From positions 477,363 to 523,344 of the forward strand of contig NW_003314378.1 in assembly GCF_000143415.4 (NCBI RefSeq): 45,982 nucleotides of DNA, in the 5' to 3' direction. Source of the DNA: Selaginella moellendorffii. Lineage: Eukaryota > Plantae > Lycopodiophyta. Below the pieces are notes generated by a model. That model saw only the letters and a program-made list of their open reading frames with translations, was not told where the DNA came from and ran no database searches. Position numbers and translations under genes: made by a program. Below, in pieces: positions 11,401 through 22,270 of this stretch (positions are counted from its first letter, which is position 1; every line of letters begins with the position of its first letter).

Positions 11401-12277
11401 ACGATTTTTGTTGCCTCTTCTTGCTCTTTCTGCTCTTTGCGGCTCTTCTTTTTGGTGGGTGTAGTGTTCGAACCCGAGGCAATGGCATCACCGAGTAGCT
11501 TCTTTTTTGGAGCAGCAGAGTCAGACGTCGGCTTGAGCTTGACCACCCTTTTCTGCTTCGGGGTAGTTTCCAAATCGACCCCCTTCCCCTTCGCTTCGCA
11601 AACTGGAGGCACTCTCAACGGCTCAATGTTGGAATATAGTTTTTGAACATCGCTGTAGGTGAGGTCCATGGATTCCATGTGATCTTCATAGACCCGCAGC
11701 GTCTTTGAAATTGTGGGCCTCCTGGACAACCTCTCCCTAGCTCCCTCTAGGAATTTCTCATAGCCGCTGCCCCCCTCCGGGAAGCCGCTAGGATGTGCAA
11801 GGTGGATCTTGAAGGCGGACGCTGTCTCTACCACAAGTGCCAGTCCATATTCTTGCATGGAACTGCATGGAGTGTCTATCACTTGGATGAGGATCCCCAT
11901 GCATTCTTTTCTCCCATCATCTGTGTTGTATAGAATCAGATCCTCGCCTTCCATCCCGAAAGTCCAACTGGTGAGCTCCTCCTCCTTCTCTGCATCCACA
12001 TTGACAGTGGCTGGAAGAAGAACGCAATTCCTCGCCTGTTCAGAAATGCACAACAATTAGAGCTGACAGATGAAAAACTAGCAACTGGAAATAACGTGAG
12101 GCCACACGCCATTCACCACTGCATCAGATGTCTTGAGGCTGCATCCTAAGATGGCGTGAGGCTACACGCCATCTGTAACCGGATTGCACTCGAGAGCCCA
12201 ATCGGTGCATGCCAATGTTGCTACTGAATGGCATGTGGCCTCATGCCATTTTTTACTTGGCCTAAAAGACTTACCAT
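7589..12277 (-). pseudogene. Transposon accessory gene, ~1370 aa if spliced: ParB/Srx-like domain + degenerate methyltransferase-like fold + acidic linker + FCP1/SCP-like phosphatase; two premature TAG stops
   Basis: Frame-preserving GT-AG model: exons 12277-12275, 12035-10857, 10802-9494, 9443-9369, 9312-9241, 9191-9048, 9000-8533, 8451-7589. It joins ORFs 10860-12056, 9975-10808, 9477-9968, 8495-9031 and 7589-8473. In-frame TAG at 10860-10862 and 9975-9977. Confidence 0.75.
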
Positions 12278-12279
12278 TT

Positions 12280-15207
12280 GAAGCCGAATGGAGGCCGTGA
12301 CAATCGAGGCCGGACTCGCTGGCGAATGTGCACTGTGTGTGCAGCGGATCGTAGCAGCAAGGCTACTCTGCCACTTACAGTTGGAGAGTGGCGCTGAAAT
12401 CTCCCGGGACGCCAAGTGGGCTGCGTGTGGGTGGCGGAGTGGGCGGCGGAGTTGGCGGCGAAGTTACAAACTGGGTGTGTCTTGAAGTGGACGCCGATGC
12501 ACACGAGCGCGATGCGAGCGCGAGTGTGATGCAAGCACGAGTGGACGCCGATGCACACGAGAAACCTGTAGAGCGCGAATGTGAGCGTGATCGCGAGTGG
12601 GAGCGCGATGCGAGCGCGAGTGTGCGAGTGCGAGTACGAAGCAAAATGCAAAACCTAACCTCACACGCGCGAAATGTCACAACGGTTGGTAATCCCGCCA
12701 CGTCATCATTCCTCGGACTTGGGCGCCACCATTAATTTCTGGATTGCCGCGCGCATGCAAGCACGCAAAATCCAAAAGAAATCCGCAATGTCATCATTCC
12801 TCGGACTGCATGCACGCGAAATCCAAAAGAAAGATCATGATTGGGATATCATTTAATACCCTCGCTATATTTATACCATGCATGATTGGATATTCCAAAG
12901 CATCTTGTATTTCCAAAAATGGCAGATGTTCAGCTAAATAAAGAAATTCTATCTGTTTTTATTTTTCTCTCAAATCAATATTATAGCGTGTGGGCTCATG
13001 CAATTTTGAACCAAAGAAACCCAAAAAACGTTGGACCCAAAATATTTTGAAAAAACCCAAAAAACCCTAAACATTTTAAACCCAAAAATCCAGGCGTCCT
13101 GTGGTGTTATTCCTTGAATGGCGTGTGGGCGCATGCCATTTTCAGGGCCAAATGCTGAATGGAGAAAAATTCCCTTTCAGTGCAAATGCTGCAAGAGGCA
13201 GATGCCGAGCACAAAGGACTGTAACTACCTCACATGACACAGATAAACTTTTCTCTATTTGGCAAAGATAAACTTTATAGCGTGTGGGCTCATGCAATTT
13301 TGAACCCAAAAAATGCACCAAAAAATTCTCGGCGTCATCTGGCGTTATCTCTTGAATGGCGTGGGGCCGCATGCCATTTTCAGGGGCACATAGGAGTATA
13401 TTCCTAGAATATTCTGACACACGCGAGATTTTTTTGAGTTTTCTGGAGATCCAACCATTAGATCGCAACTAGATTTTACAGAATGGTATACAATGTCTTT
13501 CTTGATGACCCTGCAAAGAAGCATCTCGATCGGACACCACATGAGACCACACGAGCCTTACAATGTTTTAGGGGCATTTGCCATAGATCCGACCGTTATT
13601 TTGCTCCAAGATTTTACAGTTTGGTGTGCATTGACATTTCCATCGACACTGCAAAGGGACATCACAATCAGATGCGGGATCACAAGAAACTAACTTCACT
13701 AACTCTGGTTTCACCAAGATCTACGTAAGGAGTTATGAAATGAAAGGACCCTCTCTATTGAAATGTGTTTATGGTCCTAGGGGCATTGTGACATATCAAA
13801 GGATTTTGCATCAAGTTCTGTATTTGCATGTTTATCAAGCTACTGAATTGCTAAACCCTAAACCCTAAACCCTAAACATGTGGCAAATGCTGCGTGAAGA
13901 AAGATGCCCTTTCTGGGCAAATGCTATAAGAGGCAGATGCCGAGCAGATGTATCTCAGGCTAGCGAAGGGGACAAACGAAAGCTAGCTATAAACATGACG
14001 GGATGCAAATAGATTACTAGGCTGGTCCTACGAAAATCAAAAACCATAATTGAAAACATTGAAAATGCAAAAAGAAAGGTTTATAATATTTTTGAATTTT
14101 AAGCAATGAAAGGAATGTAAGTAGGGCATGTGTTTGTAAGTTTAAAAATGCCTCAACCACTTAAATTCCCAAGTAAATAAAGCTGTTTCTATTTTTGGTA
14201 CAGGTAAACTTTATAGCGTGTGGGCTCATGCAATTTTGAACCCAAAAATGCACCAAAAAATGCTCGACTAGCATTATTCTTTGAATGGCGTGTGGGCTTA
14301 TGTCGAGCATTATTCTTTGAATGGCGTGTGGCCTTATATTGCCATAAATGGACGTACACACACAGCATAATTATTCCTTTACACGGCGAATAATCTTGGC
14401 GCGGATCGCTGACATGGCATGGCAAAGTTCGAATCACTGACATGGCACAACTGGATCGAGGCAAGGACATGATGTGACAAAGTTCAACCTCCGACAGCAA
14501 AGTCTAAAAGCTACTCAGTTTGAAATTTGTCAGAGGAATCATAAGATCTAGTTTGTCAGAGGATTTGATGTGATGTTCAAGCGTGTGTTATTTTTGAATT
14601 CTCGAACTCATTCCTAGGTCTATCATTTTTGTGCGCCGTGTTCTTGGTTCCGCTGAGCGCAGTGAGCGCTGCTTGTGTAAGCGGCGTTGTGGGCTGTGGT
14701 TTATGCGTCTACGAGCGGTTGCGGCATTGCGAGCGCCATTGCGAGCGACAGTTTATGCGAGTGGCAGTTTGTGTGAGCGGCGCTACGAGCAATTGCGGTG
14801 TTGCGAGCGGCGCTACGAGTAGTTGCGGTGTTGTGAGCGGCACTGTCTTTGGTGTGGCTACCGCTTCCTCTTGATATTCGGCACTTGTGCTTCCTGGTAT
14901 GTTCACCATGGAATGGCTTAGGACCACATTTAGAAATGGCATGAGGCAACATGCCATCTTGGGCCCTTGCAATTTCATGGCTAGCGTATTGTCATGTATG
15001 TTTTTACTTGCCTGCAGCTGTGTGTATATCAAGATGGCATGAGGGCTCATGCCAATTTTGTGAATGTGAAATTTCACGTGGGTGTCAATAGCATGTTTGA
15101 ATAATGGCATGTGGCCTCATGCTATTGAGGTTGTTTGGTATGTTATGATTTAGGCCATTCTCCAATCATTTTTTGTATGGTCTTAACTTCTTTTCTGCAC
15201 TTTCAGA
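12280..15207. promoter_or_regulatory. Divergent intergenic/promoter region with CpG-rich blocks and internal duplications
   Basis: Lies between head-to-head genes. CG-rich blocks at 12290-12830 and 14630-14870. A ~110-160-bp unit is repeated at ~12980, ~13270 and ~14205. Confidence 0.55.
13851..13877 (+). repeat. Interstitial plant telomeric repeat (CCCTAAA)n, telo-box-like
   Basis: CTAAACCCTAAACCCTAAACCCTAAAC. Confidence 0.85.
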
Positions 15208-18200
15208 ATGGCCTTCAGGGTTGGGGAAAAGGTTTACATTTTGAATGGTGGGAAGAGAGTTGCAAAAGGGACCCTTGTGTCTATGGATCGGAACTTTGTT
15301 ATACACTATCAAAGGCTTGGGGAAGGCAATGCTGCTGTATTAGTAGAGACTGTCTTCGATGGGAATGTGGTCGCTATTGAACAAGGAGAGATGGTCGTCG
15401 GGGTAAATGTTGTTGTTGCCTTGAAAAATCTTCAGAAAAAAGCAGATGTTGGGGACAGCGCAAGTGCGACGCATGTTCCCTCCGTGGATCTTAAAAACCG
15501 TGCTACATGGATTCAGGCAAAGGTGTTTCTAAACAACCCCGAGGGGGAGGTGGTAGCTAAGGGCTTAGCCACAGTTGTCGATCCAAGAAATGCGGTTGCT
15601 AATCAAGAATTGGGCTGGGATGATATTGGAGTTGTGATTTTAGAGGTTGTTGACACAGAAGAAAATAGTCTGACTATTGGAAGCATTGTGCGGTGGAAAT
15701 TGAGGCACTTAGTGTTTGAGAATGTGAAGGATTCACAATCAAACACCACTACAACTGATGACAGAACATCTCTTCATGGGAAAAGAAAGTACACCTTCCT
15801 AAAGCGCAGCCAAAGGGATCTGAGCAACGAACCGAAAAGGCAGAAAATGGCGATGGAGGTTCGAATGGTCTCGACAGTTGCTTGTTGCAAGAGGAGGTGC
15901 TGTCAACATGCTGATTGGGATGCTATTGAAGAGGAGAGAGCAAGATACAAGACATTGTCCTGGAAGGCAGCTCGCAATTTTGTGTATGAGGCATTACGGT
16001 CATCTGTTGATGCTTCAGAACATCAGGTGGGGGGCATGGTCTTCCAGAGGGGTTTGGTCTGCATGAAGGCATGGAGAATCATTTATGGAGTCCCTCGAAC
16101 CACATTCTACAGAATCAAAACTGAGTTCGAGGAACAAAGGGTTCAACAGGCAGTCCATGGGAACGACGGTACGCACAAAACCAGGGGTCATGTTGTATAT
16201 GGAGAGGCAATCTTCAAGAGGTTTGTTGAGACATGTAGCGAGTAGCAACCACATAAAACCCGCCTCTTGGAAGATGGAACACGAGACACCCAACGAGTTC
16301 TCCCTTCCATGTATACCAAGGGGGCCATATTGGAAGATGTGAATCGGGAACTCCAGAGTAATGGCTACAGGAAGCTGAGCCAATCTAGATTTAGTAGATT
16401 GTGGAGCAACAGGTTCAGGGATGTGAGTATAGGAAAGTACTCCAGCTTTTCAAAGTGTGACGAATGCACTGCTATCAAAATGGCTTTGTCGAAGAATTTT
16501 TGCAGCGCTCAAGAGCGAGAGACGTTGGTTAGAAGGCGGCTCGACCACAACATCGAGCAGAGAAGCTGCAGGACTGCATATTATCATAACAGGATTCTCT
16601 CCATGGAGAGACCTGACTCTTACCTCTGCATCATCCACGACAAAATGGACCAGAAAAAGACGTGCTTACCTCGACTCAATCCTGCCCCCAAGGCAATCTC
16701 TTCATCCATGCAGCTGCCTGTGTCTCTGTTTGGCATAATCGCTCATGGGCATGGTGCCCAGAACTATGGGAACTTCTTTGTACCTCTATGGGGTGGCGGG
16801 GGTGCAAACATGATGATTGTGTCCCTAGCAAAACACTTAAGGTCTCTGCAAAGTGTGCAGACTGAGCTGAACGGCCAACCCTTGCATAAGGCCCTTGTCG
16901 ATTGAACCCCATACAGGGTTCAGCTGGAGGAGGAGCAAAGGCTTGCAGTATCGCGTGGGGCCCCATGCCATCCCAGTGAATATGTTGTAGGGTTATCACG
17001 TGAGGCCTCATGCCATTCCGACGAGGCTGGTCCCCGGTGAATGCACAGCCTCATCCAAACGAAGTAGAATCTCAAGGAAGTTCTTGCAGCCGATATGGCC
17101 TTCCACCCCATCTTCTGCTCCAAACAGACAATGCTGGCAGTGAGAACAAAAACATGTACGTCTTCGCGTACTTGGCGATGCTTGTTGCCAAAGGCATATT
17201 TGAAACGGTTACACTTGGCTTTCTCATGGTTGGGCACACTCATGAAGACGTCGATGCCATATTCAGTCACCTGGCAGAGTCCCTCCGGCGATCCAATGTC
17301 CTCACCCTCCCACAACTCTACGATGAATTCCAAAATTGCATCAAAGGCACTGTTGAAGCTGCACTTGTGACAGAGGTTCCAGACTTTAAGGGGTTTGTAA
17401 GAGGCTACATCAGGGACGGATCCGAAATGCTGATTGGCCACTCCAAGCCTTTTCAGTTTCATTTCAGCATGCGTGACGGTGCTCCAGTGATGAGGTACAA
17501 GATGAGAGAATGGGACACAGTGTGGCTGCCAGTGGACGGCATTGAACTCTTCAAGAGAGATCCCATAACTGGGGAACCTATGATTCCTCAGGGTTCCCCA
17601 TGGCCGATGCACCTGGATGGACTCAAAGACCAGGAAAGTATAGTGGCCGGGATTAGACAGCATATTGCCTTCTGGAAGAGGGGGTTGGTGTTTGGTGGAG
17701 AATCCTATTTTCAGAGGTGCAAGCCTTTGCTCGAATACTGGGAGAAGATTATATCTGCTATCCAAAATGGGCCGGTTGTATATGAAGAATTGGAAGAGTC
17801 CTTTTGGCCAGAACCCAGAGCACCAGATAGTAGCGAAACAATGTCCTCTGGAAATGCAGTGACAGATAACGATGTTGAGGATCACTATTGTGGGCCGAGG
17901 AACAAGAAGCCGGATTCAGCATTCAATCCAGTACAGGTCTACAAAGGAATGGTCGTGCTTGTTAGACCCAGTAATAAGAAACAAATGATATGGGTGGGGC
18001 GCTACATCACTGATGCAGAGGAGGACGCGGAAACTAACTCCTTCAATGTAACTGTGGAGTGGTTCAAGCCAAGTTCCAGATATACGAAGGATTGCCTAGA
18101 AAAGAGATGGGTGCTGAATCCAAGGGATCCCAGCATGAGCATATCGGTGGATAATGTTGTGCATGGTTGGATGCGGAAGCAGAGTGCCACCATCACCTTG

Positions 18201-18336
18201 CCAGACCATGCAAGAGATGCAACAAGAGCATTCATAACCCAGGTTCAAGGTGAGATTCATTAATATTCCTTTACTAAGTTTCTAATGTATTTTATTTCAA
18301 GGTGAACAATCCGAATCTGAATCAGAGGAGGCGTGA
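15208..18336 (+). pseudogene. DDD transposase (~990 aa if spliced), two premature stops
   Basis: ORFs 15208-16245 and 16267-16905 are in frame across TAG 16243-16245. TGA at 16903-16905. A probable intron 16948-17048 joins ORF 17010-18263, and intron 18250-18301 leads to a short last exon. Motifs CCKRRC, VCMKAWRIIYGV, HGN, FSKCDEC, IIHDKMD, LQTDNAGSENKN, FLMVGHTHEDVDAIFS. Confidence 0.88.
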
Positions 18337-19857
18337 TGGCATGTGGCCTTACGGTGAGATGATACAAATAACAAGTATAAATTCTTAGTTGTTCTAGCAA
18401 ATCTTACTTAAAGTTCAAGGTGAACAAGCCGAATATGAATTCATCGGATTGTTATAACAAATTGCAAGGTGATGGCATGAGGCGATACGCCATTTGAGAG
18501 TGGTAGCCATTCCTATATGAGGTGAGTGAAATATTTATTAGAAATACCTCATTCAATTGTGCACTTCTAAATCTTGGTCCACTCAGTACTGTTTGCATGT
18601 TTCTATTTTAATTCTTTCTCTAAAATGTTATTTAGCATGTGGCTTCATGCCATTGCTCTCCACAATCATGCATTGAATTTATATCCTTGCATAATACTTC
18701 TCCATATATATAGCATGTGCGCACATGTGATATGGTTCATTAGGCCTGATATAGTGTGTGAGGTAAAACAAAGATGATGTGACATATGCATTTACCAATC
18801 ACACGTGCATAAATCTAATAATATGGCGTGTGGCCCATATTAATGGCACATAAACCCATATTGTGGGCTTACATGCTTTATGTACCATCATTCCCTTGCA
18901 GCGTGTGTGTTGGTTTCCTTTTATAACACAACGAACTCCATATTTTAGGGTGAAGAGCGTTCTCATGGCAAGCACAAATCTGTAAGTGAGGCAGAAAAGG
19001 AGACAGAGAAGGAGATAGGTGAAGATGTAGAATATATAAGTCTTCCAAACTCCCCGTACTATACTCCAGGTGATCATTTTTCTGAACAAACGGCAACATT
19101 AACAACTATCGTGAACGCCCCAGTAATGTCAGAGACAACAATCCAAAGCAAAACAACTGACCCGGAGAAGGATGATAGTACCGCTGAGAGTACCAAAAAG
19201 GAGGTGTCCACTAGCGCTTAGGCTTATAATGGCGTGTGCCCTCATGCCATTTACTTGATCACCAAATACCTTTTTCCCTTTGCACTAGTATATTTTAATA
19301 CCGGTCTGAGAAATAGAATGGCATGTGCCCTCAGGCCTTTTACTAAATCACCTTTGAAAGAAATGCAAGCCTCTATGTCGTAAAAAAAAGGTACTAGAGA
19401 AATTCCTTAATAATATGAATGTTATTTAGTTTCATGAAAATACACTAAGGGTCAAATGAGTTAAATGACTTCTCCAGACTAGCAATGCCTCTTGCTACAC
19501 CTTCACAATTAGATTCGTTAGAAAAAGATAACATTGAATAATATCTAAATGTTCTTACCATTAAGTTATATGTCTGGCTAATAGGAATGACGTTCATCTT
19601 GGAAAGCTCACCACACGCTCAATGAACAAATAAATAGTGTGTGCGCGCATGCCATCGCTCTTCTTTAGCTTCAGATTCGGCTTGTTCACCTTGACAATGA
19701 GATTTATTATACAACCAGATGGACTCAGTCTGGACATAAAGTCACTGCGCTACTCACCATGCCCCAGATATGTCTAGCCCCTGGACAAAAAACATATAAT
19801 TTCACGTCATTTTCAAATACTTGAAAATTTGTACCTAGTCCCATTTTACTGAATAAA

Positions 19858-19879
19858 TCCCACTTTAACGAAATAAAGC
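19858..19879 (-). repeat. Right terminal inverted repeat
   Basis: TCCCACTTTAACGAAATAAAGC, whose reverse complement GCTTTATTTCGTTAAAGTGGGA is 21/22 identical to the left TIR. Confidence 0.9.
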
Positions 19880-22270
19880 ATCAAAGATAGGTTCCCAATT
19901 GCTCCGATTTGGTGAAGGTGGAAGCTCCAAGGGATGGAGTGGTAAAGTAGCCAAATGATAGGGCCATGGACAACCATAGCACGAATTACGATAACTGAAA
20001 CCTAGTGCCAAAGGTGGCAAAAAATCGAAGAGAGGATGATGTTGCCCTCAAGTAGAGAACTTCCTAGGATGGGGAAGTGGAGTTGCACAATATGTGCAAT
20101 GCAAAGTGTCGGAGACACCTAAGAAATTGACTTCGAGAAGTCAGAATTAAAAGTTCCAAAGTGCAAGGGTTATATCGATGGAAAGTGAGACCACTCGAGA
20201 ATGAGTAGTGGGATTGAGTTAGAAAAGGTGTCTCTAACAGGTTTAGCGAGAACTAAACCAATAAAAGGAGAGAACCACCACAAATGGTTGAATGAACCTC
20301 TAAGTTGGAAAGGCTATGCCCCTTAGAGGATGGACAAGGCATGGTGAGCCTTTGGTGTCAAACCATAGACAAATATTAGCTAGGTGCCAAGGATGGGAAG
20401 GGTAATACATGTTGGTATTACTTTATCAATTGGTTCATCGTTCAATGAGGACATCAAACTTCGTCTATGGGTGGTGGAGTTGTGAGACACAAAATCCATA
20501 GGCCCCAAAGTGGAGCCGAAAGGGTGCCACATGGTAGTGGCCGAAGCGAAAGCCAAACAAGCGTAACACGTTTGGACTAAAAGCTTTGACTTGAAAAGGT
20601 CAAGAGTGGGAGTGGAACTCCCAACGAAGTGCTCGAGGAAAAAGCACAAGGCGAGCCATGAGTGAGTCTCTAGAAAAGGAGACACAAGAGGACCAAAACA
20701 TGACACGTGGAAGAGTCCGAGATGGACACGACATGGAGTCCGAGATGGACCCGAGATGGAGTTCGAGATGGAGTCCGAGATGGAGTCCCAGATGGAGTCC
20801 GAGATGGAGTATGAGATGGACCCGAGATGGAGTCCGAGATGGACCCGAGATGGAGTCCGAGATGGAGTCCGAGGTGGAGTCCGAGATGGACCCGAGATGG
20901 AGTTCGAGATGGAGTCCGAGATGGATCCGAGATGGAGTCNNNNNNNNNNNNNNNNNNNNNNNNNNNNNNNNNNNNNNNNNNNNNNNNNNNNNNNNNNNNN
21001 NNNNNNNNNNNNNNNNNNNNNNNNNNNNNNNNNNNNNNNNNNNNNNNNNNNNNNNNNNNNNNNNNNNNNNNNNNNNNNNCGAGACCGAGACAGAGGCCGA
21101 GACCGAGCCCGAGCCCGAGTCTGAGTTTGAGTCCAAGTCTAACTCCAAGTCCAAGTCCGAGTCCAAGTCCGAGTTCGAGTCTGAGAGGGTGAAAGCCCAA
21201 AGTGTTCGTCTCCCAGACCCTGGGGGGTTTGGTGAGCTCCAAAAGTATATTAAGGGGGAGGACTGCAGTGGAGCCAGTTGGGCTAGGAAAGGCCAATTTG
21301 GCCCAGGAAGGCTATACCCAGTGTTGGGTGATGAGCTGCCCACTGGGAAGTCCAAGACTAGAGTGAACGCAGACCGATAAGTGGGGTAGCTTGGTGAAGT
21401 GTTCAAGAGCCAGCTATAGTTCCCCCGGGAGATCGACTGGCCGATGCTCCCAATCCAAGTGTGGGTGGCACTACCTACTTGGATACCTAGCGTGGCTCAA
21501 CGGAACCTAACTCTAAGCCCATGGCTAGAGCACTTAAAGGCGAAAGGTAGGGAGAGTACCCATGAGGCTTGCGTAAGGCCACGGTGTTCCGAAATGTTGT
21601 CCCAAAGTCCCAAACGGTGAAAGGGAAGAGGAGCAGTCCTCTAGTGCAGTGACCAAGGATACGGTCACATGGTGAAGAAGTCCCAAAGGATAGTGGGATT
21701 TAGAGGTCGAGCCTGCGAGCCTTGATCTAGTGGCAGTGTTCATAAGGACTGATCGCTTTGACCTTTGACCTTCTTCCTGGAGAAAGCTCTAGCTTATGAT
21801 CGTTTGATCAAAGGTCTATACTCTACTCATTCTGCCCTTCCTCAATGGCGAACATGGCCATGGACAGAAAGGGACTTGGTGGGGACTGGAAAAGAGTTGT
21901 CGGGGAAGGCTATTCCCCATGTCTGCGGGCATCCTAAGGATGTTAAGGAGTAAATCTGGGATGATCACTCACGGACGGATGGCCCAGTCTTTGAGAGACG
22001 GGACTATAATGCAAGTGGCATTAGACCACCGGTGTGACCAAGGTGAATGGGCATGGCCTTAATGTAACAGGCCGATATGTCGGTGGTGCCTGATCAGACA
22101 CGTGGAGCACTTGGACCAAGTGCAAAGGTTAAGTGGCATGGATGCTATTCTCGGGGCTAGCAAGCCCCAAGTCCTAACTGGGACTTATGGAGGTTGTGAA
22201 TGAGACTCCTCCAAGTGGTCGGAGGTGCGGTTAAATGACTAAAGTAAAATGGAAACCTTAGTCGCTTACA
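19880..22270 (+). mobile_element. 5'-truncated copia-like element: RNase H-region remnant, PPT and 3' LTR (20481-22270)
   Basis: 19880-20480 is a diverged reverse complement of ~513-1110. PPT 20469-20480. LTR TGTGAG...CTTACA contains an N gap. Confidence 0.9.
20940..21079. other. Assembly gap (N run) within LTR minisatellite
   Basis: Run of N. Confidence 1.

Larger units (their letters stand above)
7533..19656. repeat. Dispersed 22-bp palindrome ATGGCRTG-N6-CAYGCCAT (~25 copies)
   Basis: Copies start at about 7533, 9010, 9201, 9342, 10814, 12091, 12151, 12228, 12983, 13118, 13277, 13356, 14213, 14285, 14321, 14936, 15034, 15104, 16950, 16995, 18336, 18472, 18632, 18823, 19229 and 19318. Confidence 0.92.
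7149..19879. mobile_element. 12.7-kb TIR DNA transposon with DDD transposase and divergent multidomain accessory gene (superfamily uncertain, Sola-like catalytic motifs)
   Basis: 22-bp TIRs with 1 mismatch. Both ends coincide with abrupt breaks in flanking retroelement sequence. Transposase motifs inside, and an element-restricted palindromic repeat. Confidence 0.9.

Noticed and set aside
9975-16905. In-frame stops as U-to-C editing sites or an alternative genetic code
   Set aside because: Reverse editing is known from plant organelles, while this is nuclear TE-rich DNA. Methylation-driven decay is simpler.
16920-17885. 321-aa minus-strand ORF and other antisense ORFs over the transposon genes
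   Set aside because: Shadow ORFs opposite motif-bearing coding frames, with no recognisable motifs.
7533-19656. Palindromes as CRISPR repeats or independent MITEs/introners
   Set aside because: Irregular spacing, no TSDs, and intron sequence outside the 22-bp motif is unrelated between introns.
7149-19879. Integrated giant virus, Polinton or bacterial HGT island
   Set aside because: No polymerase, capsid, packaging ATPase or integrase motifs. Genes have spliceosomal introns and are bounded by TIRs with a transposase.
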